The notes: generated from the letters alone by a model not told the origin. A stretch of DNA of 64,000 nucleotides from Candidatus Spongiisociaceae bacterium (GCA_965202665.1 OZ241841.1:2368001-2432000); one strand, 5' to 3'. Shown: positions 9,581 through 18,532, counted from the first letter of the stretch. Program-made: numbers and translations.

Positions 9581-10200
9581 ATGTCGACCCGCGACCCGGG
9601 CGGCTACTGGTGGAACAAAAACTCCGAGGACGGCTGCCGTCTTTACGTGGGCGGCGGGCACCGCCAAGACGGACTGTTCCTGCTCAGCGACGGCTGGCTG
9701 TTCTCCCTCCAAGACCCCAGCGAGGACGGAACGGAAGCCGTTTTGGAAAGACTGACCCTCTCCGCAACCCCCCCGCTGTCACCGTCCGACAGCCTGCAGG
9801 GAGCGTTTACAGATCCGGAGGGGAAAGAGGTGGCGGTGTCCTGGTCGAGGGCTATGGGAACCGGAAGGAGAGGCAAATTGAAGCGGGGTCACGCCCCCTC
9901 TTCCGCCATCAAATCCTATCAGAGCCGCACCGCCGACATCTGGACCGGTGCGGAAACGAGGCGGCGGAGCGGGGGTATTCGGGGCCGTTCGGGGGGAGGA
10001 TTTTCTTTGACGGGAAAGAGGTGACCGCCTCCGGCCCCGCCGCCGAGGGTTTGCCGGAACGCACCCGGAGGTTGTATACGGATAACCTCACTAATCACGA
10101 TCGGGCGGAGCGGAAGCATTGTTACGAGCTGTTGCGGGACGGGCGGGCTAAGCATCCGTGGCAACACGAGGAATCGTCCGAGCCGGGTTCGGGTGTTTCC
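9581..10200 (+). pseudogene. Hypothetical protein, apparently frameshifted and truncated
   Basis: ATG 9581 (MSTRDPGGYWWNK...). Protein-like sequence appears to continue in another frame after ~9960 (GRIFFDGKEV...KHCYELLRDG) until the array sequence resumes. Confidence 0.4.
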
Positions 10201-10203
10201 GCA

Positions 10204-10586
10204 ACGACCTGGAGCGGGACATCCGCCGGGTGGGTAAGCGGCTGTCGCGGGAGATCCGGAAGACGAATAAGTCGGTGTGGTCGTCGCGGGTGGAAATGGT
10301 GGATATGCAGGCGGTCAAGGATCGATTGAACATAGGAACCGATTTCCGCCCGGTCGCTCCCGCTCCGGTTGAGGCCGATCCCGAGGCGGGTTCGTCCGCA
10401 TCGCCTGATTCGGTTGCGACTGGTCCGGCGCCTGGGTTGTCTGAGTCGGGTTCGGGTATTTCCGTTCCGGTTGCGGATGACGCTGTGTCGAGGCCTGTCG
10501 GTTCGCGGGCGGCTGCGCACCGGCAGGGTGGGGCCGGGGCGGTTCCGTTTGGGATCACCGCCCCCCTCCCGGCGGCTGAAAAGTAG
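10204..10586 (+). pseudogene. Array paralog 4, 3' half lacking TM and start
   Basis: DLERDIRRVGKRLSREIRKTNKSVW...APLPAAEK; no RBS or N-terminal TM. Confidence 0.75.
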
Positions 10587-10597
10587 TCCCTGCTGAG

Positions 10598-10864
10598 TTC
10601 CAGCGGGGGAGCGGCTAGCTAGCGGAGTGTAGAGGGTGTCGCCGCCCGCAGGCGCGCATTGGTCGGCGACGAGGGGGCGCCGATCGGGGCGGGGTGCCTG
10701 TCATTCAGTCTGATTTTCCCAGGTGAGAGGGGTTTTTCGCTATTTTTGCGTGAGATTTGTAGAAAGGGGGTTGTTTTTTGTCATTGTTTTAGGTTATATT
10801 AGTAGGTAATGATACGGCGCGGGCGAAATCCCGTGTATACTGGCCGAGAGCAAAGGAGCATGCC
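10598..10864. repeat. Leader repeat copy 3
   Basis: Nearly identical to 6655-6921 including the ccmA -10 and first codons (start GTG replaced by CTA); TATACT at 10836-10841. Confidence 0.92.
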
Positions 10865-11395
10865 GTGAACGGTGAATTCCTATACAACCTGTATTTGATA
10901 GTCGGGCTGTTCGTAGCCTTGACCACGGTCATAGGGGTGGTCGCCATCGTCGGTTGGCGAGCTTTCCAGCGGCTGGAGAGTGACATCCGTCGGGTGGAGA
11001 AGGGTGTCCGTCGGGACATCCGTCGGGTGGACAAGCGGCTGTCGCGGGAGATCCGGAAGACGAATCGGCAGGTTCGGAAGACGAATGAGTCGGTGTGGTG
11101 GTTGTGGGCGGATATGCAGGTGGTCAAGGATCGCTTGAACATAGGAGCCGATTCCCGCCCGGTCGCTTCCGCTCCGGTTGCGTCCGATCCCGAGGCGGGT
11201 TCGTCCGCATCGTCCGATTCGGTTGTGACTGGTCCGGCGCCTGGGTCGTCCGAGTCGGGTTCGGGTGTTTCCGTTCCGGTTGCGGATGACACTGTGTCGA
11301 GGCCTGTCGGTTCGCGGGCGGCTGCGCATCGGCAGGGCGGGGCCGGGGCGGTTCCGTCTGGAATCGTCGCCCCCCTCCCGGCGGCTGAAAAGTAA
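10865..11395 (+). CDS. Array paralog 5: TM + coiled coil + low-complexity tail
   Basis: Same start context; N-terminus nearly identical to paralog 2. Confidence 0.8.
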   Translation: MNGEFLYNLYLIVGLFVALTTVIGVVAIVGWRAFQRLESDIRRVEKGVRRDIRRVDKRLSREIRKTNRQVRKTNESVWWLWADMQVVKDRLNIGADSRPVASAPVASDPEAGSSASSDSVVTGPAPGSSESGSGVSVPVADDTVSRPVGSRAAAHRQGGAGAVPSGIVAPLPAAEK

Positions 11396-11455
11396 TCGGG
11401 CCGTGTTCCGACTCGCCTCGCCCTCTTCTTGGATTGGGGAGCAAGGAGCGATGTC

Positions 11456-11839
11456 TTGAGGGGTGATTTCCTACAAAACCTGTATCTGATGATTGGGCTG
11501 TTCGTCGCCTTGACCACGGTCATCTGGCTGTTCGCCGTAGCCGAGCGGCGCGCTATCCGGCGGTTGGCGGACGACGTCAAGGGTTTGAAAGCCGTCGTTA
11601 AGGATTTAGATGGTGGCCTGAAACGGGAAATCCGCCGGCTGGGGAAGAGCGTCCGTCGGATGGACGAGGGGTTGTCAGGGGAGTTCCGGGGGCTGTTGCG
11701 GGAAGCTCGGAAAATGAGGAAGGGCGTGAAACATTTGCAGAAGGACATGCGGGAGGTCAAGGAGCTCTTGGGCATCGAAACCGAATCTTGCCCGAAACGG
11801 CCCCGTTCCGGCGCGGATGATCGCGGTCGGGGCCGATAG
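11456..11839 (+). CDS. Array paralog 6 (divergent): TM + coiled coil, no Ser/Pro tail
   Basis: AAGGAG RBS then TTG at 11456; (M)RGDFLQNLYLMIGLFVALTTVIWLF... homologous to the other copies. Confidence 0.72.
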   Translation: MRGDFLQNLYLMIGLFVALTTVIWLFAVAERRAIRRLADDVKGLKAVVKDLDGGLKREIRRLGKSVRRMDEGLSGEFRGLLREARKMRKGVKHLQKDMREVKELLGIETESCPKRPRSGADDRGRGR

Positions 11840-11905
11840 TTCCCGATTGGGACGCTCGCCGGGGGACGGCCCCGGTCCGGCTAGGATGGGGGGCGGAGGT
11901 GATGG

Positions 11906-13138
11906 TTGGCTGGTAACCCGCATGTGATCGCGATGGTGTTGGCCGGGGGGGAGGGCAAACGCCTCTATCCGCTGACCCGCGACCGGGCCAAACCGGCCGT
12001 GCCGTTCGCCGGCAGCTACCGGATCATCGACTTCGTGCTGTCCAATCTGGTCAACGGCTTCTTCCGCCGCATCGCGGTGCTCACCCAGTACAAGAGCCAC
12101 AGCCTGGACCGCCACCTGGCCCAAACTTGGCGGCTGTCCCCCCTGCTCGGTTCCTATGTGGCGCCCAGTCCGGCCCAGATGCGGCGCGGCCCGCACTGGT
12201 ACGCCGGTTCGGCCGACGCCATCTACCAAAACATGAACCTGATCACCGACGAACGGCCCGACTACGTGCTGGTGTTCGGGGCCGATCACATCTACCGAAT
12301 GGACCCCCGCCAGATGCTGGACCACCATATGGAAACCGGGGCGACCGCCACCGTGGCCGCCATCCCCGTCCCCATAGCGGAGGCCTCCGCCTTCGGGGTG
12401 ATCGAATCCGACACCTCCAACCGAATTGTGCGATTCCACGAGAAGGTCCCCGATCCGCCTCCCATGCCCGGCGACCCTTCCCGGGCCTTCGCTTCCATGG
12501 GCAACTACATTTTCACCGCCGAGGCCCTAGTGGAGGCGGTCCACGCCGACGCCGCGCAATCTTCTTCCCGGCACGACATGGGGGGCGATGTCATTCCGGC
12601 CCTCACCGAAGAGGGGGGAGCCTACGTCTACGACTTCGCCCGCAACCAAGTGCCCGGCCAGCGCGGACCGGAACGGGGATATTGGCGGGACATCGGAACC
12701 ATCGACTCCTATTACGAGGCGTCGATGAATTTGACGGCGGTGGAGCCGGTGTTCAACTTCTACAACCGGCGCTGGCCGATTTTCACCTGGAATTTCCCCG
12801 ATCCGCCCGCCAAGTTCGTGCACGACGACGACCGGCGGCGGGGGCGGGCGGTGGATTCCATCGTGGCCAACGGCTGCATCGTGTCGGGGGGGACGGTGCG
12901 CCGCTCCATCCTTTCCCCCCGGGTGCGGGTCAACTCTTTTTCGGAGGTGTCCGATTCCATTCTGTTCAACGAGGTGACGGTGGGGCGGGGGGCGGTGGTG
13001 CGCCGGGCGGTGGTGGACAAGCAGGTGGACATCCCGGAAGGTTTTCAAATCGGGGTGGACCCGGCCGCCGACGCCGAACGTTTCACCGTCTCCCCGCAGG
13101 GGGTGGTGGTGATCGGCAAAGGGGACTCTTTGCGGTAA
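11906..13138 (+). CDS. glgC: Glucose-1-phosphate adenylyltransferase (ADP-glucose pyrophosphorylase)
   Basis: [56 protein letters not shown]; GGAGG RBS. Confidence 0.97.
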   Translation: MAGNPHVIAMVLAGGEGKRLYPLTRDRAKPAVPFAGSYRIIDFVLSNLVNGFFRRIAVLTQYKSHSLDRHLAQTWRLSPLLGSYVAPSPAQMRRGPHWYAGSADAIYQNMNLITDERPDYVLVFGADHIYRMDPRQMLDHHMETGATATVAAIPVPIAEASAFGVIESDTSNRIVRFHEKVPDPPPMPGDPSRAFASMGNYIFTAEALVEAVHADAAQSSSRHDMGGDVIPALTEEGGAYVYDFARNQVPGQRGPERGYWRDIGTIDSYYEASMNLTAVEPVFNFYNRRWPIFTWNFPDPPAKFVHDDDRRRGRAVDSIVANGCIVSGGTVRRSILSPRVRVNSFSEVSDSILFNEVTVGRGAVVRRAVVDKQVDIPEGFQIGVDPAADAERFTVSPQGVVVIGKGDSLR

Positions 13139-13157
13139 CCCGGCTCCGCGGAGCCCA

Positions 13158-13790
13158 TCAGCGGCGGCGGGAGGCCAGCTCTTCCATCACCAGTTCCGGC
13201 TCCACCCCCCGTTCGGCCAGCAAAACCAGCAGGTGGTAGAGCACATCGGCCGCTTCTTCCGCCAACCGCCCCGCCCCGCCCCGCCCCGCCTCCAGGTCCA
13301 GCGCCGCTTCCGCCGCCTCCGCCGCTTCTTCAATGATTTTCCGGCTGACGGCGGCCGCCCCGCCGGAGGCCAGCCGGGCCGTGTAGGAGCCTTCCCCCCC
13401 GGAGGCCAGCCGTTCCCCGATGGTCCGCCACAGGGGCTCCAGGTCGTGGAAACCCTGCGGGCGCCGGTCGGTGAAACAGGTGCGGCGCCCGGTGTGGCAG
13501 ACCGGTCCGGCGGGAAGGGCCGACGCCAACAGGACGTCCCCGTCGCAGTCGGCGGCCAAGCCGGTGAGGCGCAGCACGTTGCCGCTGGTTTCCCCTTTTT
13601 GCCACAGGACGCGCCGGGAGCGGGACCAGAAATGCACCAGCCCGGAGGCGCGGGTGGCCGCCAGGGCCTCGGCGTTCATCCAGGCGCACATTAAAACTTC
13701 CCCGGTGCGGGCGTGTTGCACCACGGCCAAAACCAGCCCGTCGTCGTTCCACGCCACCTCCGGCTCGGGCGCCGCGTCGATTTCAGCCAT
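13158..13790 (-). CDS. hisIE: Bifunctional phosphoribosyl-AMP cyclohydrolase / phosphoribosyl-ATP pyrophosphatase
   Basis: FWSRSR..LWQKGETSGN, DCDGD, CHTGRRTCF, SYTARL, EEAADVLYHLLV; start ATG 13790. Confidence 0.94.
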   Translation of the reverse strand: MAEIDAAPEPEVAWNDDGLVLAVVQHARTGEVLMCAWMNAEALAATRASGLVHFWSRSRRVLWQKGETSGNVLRLTGLAADCDGDVLLASALPAGPVCHTGRRTCFTDRRPQGFHDLEPLWRTIGERLASGGEGSYTARLASGGAAAVSRKIIEEAAEAAEAALDLEAGRGGAGRLAEEAADVLYHLLVLLAERGVEPELVMEELASRRR

Positions 13791-14592
13791 GGCGGTCGGA
13801 CTGGGCGAAGTCGAACACATCGGGGTGGACGTCCAAGCGGGTGGGGATTCCGGCGGCGGCCATGGCCCGTTTGACGGCGTCGATGGACACCTGCCCGCGA
13901 TGGAATATCCCGGCGGCCAGCGCCGCCGACGCCCCGGCTTCCAGCACCGCCTCCGCAAAATGGGCCGGTTCGCCCGCCCCGCCGGAGGCGATCACCGGCA
14001 CGTCCACCGCTTCGGCGACGGCCGCCGTCAGGGGAATGTCGAAGCCGATGTTGGTCCCGTCCCGGTCCATGGAGGTGAGCAGGATTTCCCCCGCCCCCCG
14101 CCGGACGCCCTCCGCCGCCCACTGCAGCGCGTCCCGCCCGGTATCGTCCCGCCCGCCGGTGATGAAAACGTTCCAGCCGCCGTCCCCCCTCGCTTTGCCG
14201 TCGATGGCCAGCACCACGCACTGCGAACCGAAAGCGGCCGCGCATTCATCGATCAGGCCGGGGCGGAGCACGGCGGCCGTGTTCAAAGACACCTTGTCGG
14301 CCCCGGCCCGCAACGCGGCCCGCATGTCCTCCGGGCTGCGCACCCCTCCCCCCACCGTCAGCGGCACGAACACGTTCCCGGCGGTGCGGCGCACCGCGTC
14401 CAACAGGGCCCCCCGCCCCTGCGGGGAGGCGGCGATGTCCAAATACACGATTTCGTCGATGCCCCCGGAGGCGTAGCGGGCGGCCAGCTCCACCGGGTCG
14501 CCTTCGTCGGTCAAGTCGACGAAGTTGACCCCTTTCACCACCCGCCCTTCCCGCACGTCCAGACAGGCTATGACCCGGGTGCGCAAAGTCAT
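13783..14592 (-). CDS. hisF: Imidazole glycerol phosphate synthase subunit HisF
   Basis: RVIACLDV..GRVVKGVNF, PLTVGGG, GADKVSLNTAA, GEILLTSMDRDGT, PVIASGGAG; start ATG 14592. Confidence 0.96.
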   Translation of the reverse strand: MTLRTRVIACLDVREGRVVKGVNFVDLTDEGDPVELAARYASGGIDEIVYLDIAASPQGRGALLDAVRRTAGNVFVPLTVGGGVRSPEDMRAALRAGADKVSLNTAAVLRPGLIDECAAAFGSQCVVLAIDGKARGDGGWNVFITGGRDDTGRDALQWAAEGVRRGAGEILLTSMDRDGTNIGFDIPLTAAVAEAVDVPVIASGGAGEPAHFAEAVLEAGASAALAAGIFHRGQVSIDAVKRAMAAAGIPTRLDVHPDVFDFAQSDRHG

Positions 14593-15215
14593 CGTCCGCG
14601 CCCCCCGCCCGCTTCGGCGACGAAGTTGGACAGCAGGCGCAGGCCCGGCCCGCCGCTGCGCTCCGGATGAAACTGCACGCCCACCCGCCGTCCCCGGCGC
14701 ACCGCGGCCGCAAACGGGCGGGGATATTCGGCCCAGGCGATGACCAGGGACGGATCCTCCGGAACCGGGGCGTAGCTGTGCACGAAGTAGAAGGCGGCGC
14801 CGGGGGGGATGCCCGCGAACAGCGGGTCGTCGCCGAACCGCATATCGTTCCAGCCGATGTGGGGGAGGAGCGGAGCCCCCCGCAATCGCCGCACCGTCCC
14901 CCGCTCCAAGTTGAGGCACTGCGAGCCGTCTTCTTCGCTGGAGGCGAAAAAGAGCTGCATGCCCACGCAGATGCCCAGCAACGGCCCCTCCCAGGCCCGC
15001 AACGGCTCCGCCAATCCGGCTTCCCGCAGGCGGCTCATGGTGGCCCCGGTGGTTCCCACCCCGGGCAGGACCAGGGCTTCCTTCCCGGCCAGGTCGCCGG
15101 GGCCGGAGACGACCGACACCGCCGCCCCGGCCCGTTCCAGCCCGCGTCCGATGGAAACCAGGTTGCCCGCCCCGTGGTCGATCAACCCGGCCCGCAGGCC
15201 CGTGCCGCCGGTCAC
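14589..15215 (-). CDS. hisH: Imidazole glycerol phosphate synthase glutamine amidotransferase HisH
   Basis: LPGVG, LGICVGMQL, PHIGWN, YFVHSY, QFHPERS. Confidence 0.96.
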   Translation of the reverse strand: MTGGTGLRAGLIDHGAGNLVSIGRGLERAGAAVSVVSGPGDLAGKEALVLPGVGTTGATMSRLREAGLAEPLRAWEGPLLGICVGMQLFFASSEEDGSQCLNLERGTVRRLRGAPLLPHIGWNDMRFGDDPLFAGIPPGAAFYFVHSYAPVPEDPSLVIAWAEYPRPFAAAVRRGRRVGVQFHPERSGGPGLRLLSNFVAEAGGGRGR

Positions 15216-15811
15216 AGGGACCCTTTGGCGGAGGCCAGCCCCCGGCGCCGTTCGTCCCAGGCCACCGCGGCCCGCATGGCCCGGGCCAGGGCTTTGAAAG
15301 CCGCCTCGGCAACGTGGTGGTCGTTGCGTCCGGAGGCCCGCAGGTGCAAGGTGGCGCCCGCGGTGCGGGTGAAAGCCTCCAAGGCGTGGGGGATGTTCTG
15401 CGCGGTCAGCGAGCCGATGCGGGGGTTGGCAAATTCCAGGTCGGCGACGCAGAAGGGGCGCCCCCCTACGTCCACCGCCGCCCGCGCCAGGGCCTCGTCC
15501 ATCGGCGCCGCCGCGTCCCCGAAGCGGGCGATTCCCGTCCGGTCGCCCAAAGCCTCCCCCGCGGCCGAACCGAGCACCAGGGCGACGTCCTCCACCGTGT
15601 GGTGGTCGTCCACCTCCAGGTCGCCCGCCGCGGCGACCGTCAGGTCGAACAGGGCGTGGTGGGCGAAGGAGGCCAGCAGGTGGTCGTAGAAGCCGATCCC
15701 GGTGGACACTTCGGCCAGGCCGGAGCCGTCCAGGTTGATTTCCACTTCCACTTTGGTTTCCGCCGTTTCCCGCGCGCGACGGGCGGTGCGGGCCGGTTTT
15801 TGGTCAGTCAC
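15212..15811 (-). CDS. hisB: Imidazoleglycerol-phosphate dehydratase (monofunctional)
   Basis: RETAET, DDHHTVED, PMDEAL, NDHHVAEAAFKA. Confidence 0.96.
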   Translation of the reverse strand: MTDQKPARTARRARETAETKVEVEINLDGSGLAEVSTGIGFYDHLLASFAHHALFDLTVAAAGDLEVDDHHTVEDVALVLGSAAGEALGDRTGIARFGDAAAPMDEALARAAVDVGGRPFCVADLEFANPRIGSLTAQNIPHALEAFTRTAGATLHLRASGRNDHHVAEAAFKALARAMRAAVAWDERRRGLASAKGSL

Positions 15812-17174
15812 TTTGGCCTCCTAGGTCGGATGAGTCGGATGAGTCGGATGGTTTTTCCAGTTGGTCGGTGAATCTGAGGGAGGAGGCCAGCCGGTGGGCG
15901 TCCAAACCTTCGGCGGCGGCCAGTTCCTCAATGACCGGGCGCAGGCCGCTCAAGCCTTCCCGGGTGAGGGTTTGCACCTGCCGCCACGACCCGAAGTCCT
16001 CCACTCCCAGCGGACTGCAGCACCGGGCCAGGCCGCCGGTGGGCAGCACGTGGTTGCCGCCGGTGGCGTAGTCGCCCGCCGACTCCGGCGACCAGCGCCC
16101 CACGTACACCGAACCGGCGTTGACGATGCGGGCCGCGTCTTCCTCCGGGCGGGCGGTCATCACCGTGGCGTGTTCGGGAGCGTAGCCGTTGGCGAACCCG
16201 ATGGCCTCTTCCAGGGAGCTGGCGATGAGCATTTCCCCATGTTCGGACAGGGCGGCTCGCAGAATGTCCCGCCGGGGGAGCGCGGCCAGCAGGTCGGCGA
16301 TTTCGGCTTCCACCCGGGCCGGGAGGCCGGGGTCGGTGGTCACTAAAACGGCCGGGGAGTCGGGGCCGTGTTCCGCCTGGCACAGCAGGTCGATGGCCGC
16401 CAGGCGGGGGGAGGCGGTTCGGTCGGCCAGCACCAGGGCTTCGCTCGGCCCGGCGGGGAGGTCGATGGCGCACCGCCCGGTCACTTCCAGTTTGGCGGCC
16501 GTCACCCAGGCGTTGCCCGGCCCCACTATTTTGTCCACCGCCGGGATGGTTTCGGTGCCGTACGCCAAAGCGGCCACCGCCTGGGCGCCGCCCATGGCGT
16601 ACAATTCGTCCACTTCCAGCAGGGCGGCCGCCGCCAGCATCGTCGGGTCCATTTCCCCGTCCGCGCCGCAGGGGGAGGCGACCGCTATTTCCCCCACCCC
16701 GGCAACCAAGGCGGGGACGACGGTCATCACCAGGGTGGACGGGTAGGCGGCTTTGCCCCCGGGGACGTAGGCCCCCGCCCGCCGCAACGGGGCCCAGCGG
16801 CGCTCGATGCGCACCCCCGGCTGCGCCTCGGAAACGGCATCGGCCGGAATCTGGGCGGAGTGGTGGGCCCGCACCGCCTCCACGGCCCGTTCCAGGGCGG
16901 TCCGCACCGCCGGGGACAGGCCTCCCAAGGCGGCGGCTTTTTCATCCTGCGGGACCAGCGGGTCGGGCCGTCCGCCCCCGTAGCGGGCTCCGGCCCGGCG
17001 CAGGGCCCGGTCGCCTTCCATTTCCACCATGCGGCAGATTTCCGAGGCGCGGTCCCGCACCCGCCGGTCGGGGACGGCGGAGCGGCGCAACAGCCGGGCC
17101 CGGCGCCCGGGGGGGAGGTCGGCCAGGACGGCGGTGCGCAACAGCGGGCGGGAGCCGGTTAGGGGTTTTGTCAT
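15804..17174 (-). CDS. hisD: Histidinol dehydrogenase
   Basis: YVPGGKAAYPS, GGAQAVAALAYG, GPGNAWV, PAGPSE, QAEHG, APEH, GDYATGGNHVLPT; start ATG 17174. Confidence 0.96.
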   Translation of the reverse strand: MTKPLTGSRPLLRTAVLADLPPGRRARLLRRSAVPDRRVRDRASEICRMVEMEGDRALRRAGARYGGGRPDPLVPQDEKAAALGGLSPAVRTALERAVEAVRAHHSAQIPADAVSEAQPGVRIERRWAPLRRAGAYVPGGKAAYPSTLVMTVVPALVAGVGEIAVASPCGADGEMDPTMLAAAALLEVDELYAMGGAQAVAALAYGTETIPAVDKIVGPGNAWVTAAKLEVTGRCAIDLPAGPSEALVLADRTASPRLAAIDLLCQAEHGPDSPAVLVTTDPGLPARVEAEIADLLAALPRRDILRAALSEHGEMLIASSLEEAIGFANGYAPEHATVMTARPEEDAARIVNAGSVYVGRWSPESAGDYATGGNHVLPTGGLARCCSPLGVEDFGSWRQVQTLTREGLSGLRPVIEELAAAEGLDAHRLASSLRFTDQLEKPSDSSDSSDLGGQSD

Positions 17175-17191
17175 AATGTCACTCCCCGGCG

Positions 17192-18055
17192 CTACGGCGC
17201 CAGCTGGCCGATGGGCAGCACCAGGATGTCCCGTCCGCCCGCCGCTTTCAGCCGGGACAGCAATCCCAGCAGGTCGTCGGCGTCCACCACCGAATGCACC
17301 GCCGCCATGCCGTCTTCGGCCAGCGGCACCACGGTCGGCCCGCCCAGGCCGGGGATCAGGGAAACGATTTCGTCCAATTCGGAGCGGGGGGCGTTCAGCA
17401 ACAGGTAACGCTTGTCTTTGGCGGCGACCACCGAGCGCAGGCCGATGGCCAAAGTTTCGCCCGCTTCCCGCCGCTGGTCGGGGATGGGCTCTTTGCGGAC
17501 CAGCACCGCCTCGCTTTTCAGGATGGAGGCGATGGGACGCAGGCCGTTCACCCGCAGGGTGCTGCCGGTGGCCGCCAGGTCCGCCACCGCTTCGGCCACC
17601 CCCAGCCGGGGGGCCACTTCCACCGACCCGCTCAGTTTGACCACCTCCGCCCCCACCCCCCGTTCGGCGAAGAATCGGCGGACGATGTTGGGGTGGGAGG
17701 TGGCCACCCGCAATCCCCGGCAGTCCTCCGGGCGGGAGATGTCGGAACTGACCGGGGAGGCCAAAGTCAACTCGCACCGCCCGAAGCCCAGTTCCAGCAT
17801 TACCGCCACATCCGGCGGGCGGATTTCCTCCAGCAGGTCGCGGCCGGTGATCCCCCAGTCGGCGTTGCCGTCCGACACCAGTTGCAGCACATCGGCGGTG
17901 CGGACGAACAGCAGTTCCAGTTCGGCGTTGCGCACCGGCACCGCCAGGGCCCCGGCGGTCGGTTCGAACACCAGCCCCGCCTGCCGGAGCAGGGCGGTGG
18001 CCGGTTCCCGCATCCTCCCTTTGCTGGGGACGGCCATCCGAAACCGGGGGTTCAC
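17192..18055 (-). CDS. hisG: ATP phosphoribosyltransferase (long form)
   Basis: AVPSKGRM, GITGRDLLEE, LGFGRC, GSVEVAP.LG.A, TGSTLR.NGL plus C-terminal regulatory domain; GTG 18055 overlaps the upstream stop. Confidence 0.95.
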   Translation of the reverse strand: MNPRFRMAVPSKGRMREPATALLRQAGLVFEPTAGALAVPVRNAELELLFVRTADVLQLVSDGNADWGITGRDLLEEIRPPDVAVMLELGFGRCELTLASPVSSDISRPEDCRGLRVATSHPNIVRRFFAERGVGAEVVKLSGSVEVAPRLGVAEAVADLAATGSTLRVNGLRPIASILKSEAVLVRKEPIPDQRREAGETLAIGLRSVVAAKDKRYLLLNAPRSELDEIVSLIPGLGGPTVVPLAEDGMAAVHSVVDADDLLGLLSRLKAAGGRDILVLPIGQLAP

Positions 18056-18384
18056 GGCCGTTCTCCGGCTATCCGGTCCAAGGTCAGGCGGTAGCCGCCC
18101 GTCCCGTGTTTGAGCCATTCGTTGACCCGGCTGATGGTGGTGGTGGACATCCCGGTCCGTTCGGCGATTACCCGGTAGGGGAGGCCGGCGTCCAGCAGGG
18201 AGGCCACCGTCATCCGGCGGGCCATTTCGTCCAGTTCGGTGCGGGTGCACAGGTCGCGCAGCAAACGGGCCATTTCCTCGACGGAGCGCATGGCGAGCAA
18301 CGCCCGGCACAGTTCCGGCAGGTAGCCGGAACCCAAATCCCCCAGTCGGGGATCGTTTTCCGTTATATCTGTTTTCGCAGTCAT
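18052..18384 (-). CDS. TrpR-family (YerC/YecD, HisR-like) repressor
   Basis: LRDLCT..EL..MARR, YRVIAERTGMSTTTISRV..WL.HGTGGY is the YerC/TrpR-like pattern; first gene of the his operon. Confidence 0.9.
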   Translation of the reverse strand: MTAKTDITENDPRLGDLGSGYLPELCRALLAMRSVEEMARLLRDLCTRTELDEMARRMTVASLLDAGLPYRVIAERTGMSTTTISRVNEWLKHGTGGYRLTLDRIAGERP

Positions 18385-18432
18385 GGTCTTTCGGTTTCCC
18401 GCCCGCGGGCTTTGGCAGTTATTTGATTAACT

Positions 18433-18456
18433 TGTTAGCATACTAACACGCTAACA
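18433..18456. promoter_or_regulatory. Putative operator of the TrpR-family repressor
   Basis: Palindrome TGTTAG-CATA-CTAACA (18433-18448) plus a second CTAACA 8 bp further on (18451-18456), overlapping the -10 box. Confidence 0.7.
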
Positions 18457-18465
18457 GGCTGTCAA
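18437..18465 (-). promoter_or_regulatory. Sigma70-type promoter of the repressor-his operon
   Basis: Minus strand TTGACA (18465-18460), 17 nt spacer, TATGCT (18442-18437). Confidence 0.85.
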
Positions 18466-18532
18466 ACCGACCCCCATCAGGGGGGCCGAATGCGGACAGG
18501 AATAAGAACTCAAGGACAAAGGAGCAGCAGGT

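Larger units (their letters stand above)
8576..10203 (+). mobile_element. 1.6-kb insert of decayed phage/ICE-like DNA within the array
   Basis: Bracketed by an exact 30-bp direct repeat ACGACCTGGAGCGGGACATCCGCCGGGTGG (8532-8561 and 10204-10233); 15-bp tandem duplication at the left junction (8576-8605); contains gene fragments; no integrase or transposase seen. Confidence 0.55.

Noticed and set aside
6846-11775. Repeated minus-strand ORFs (6846-7583, 7667-8350, 10789-11775)
   Set aside because: Antisense mirrors of the array genes with inconsistent starts and no RBS; the plus strand has the RBS, -10 box and TM.
6655-11839. Array as a CRISPR locus or diversity-generating retroelement
   Set aside because: Repeats are gene-sized with no unique spacers; no cas or reverse transcriptase gene in the window; differences are not confined to adenines.
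13142-13155. Perfect palindrome GGCTCCGCGGAGCC between convergent glgC and hisIE
   Set aside because: Could help terminate, but the stem is short, there is no U-tract, and such palindromes are common in high-GC DNA.
15825-15850. 9-bp tandem repeat (x3) at the hisD 3' end
   Set aside because: In-frame SDS repeats in a disordered tail; no evident function.
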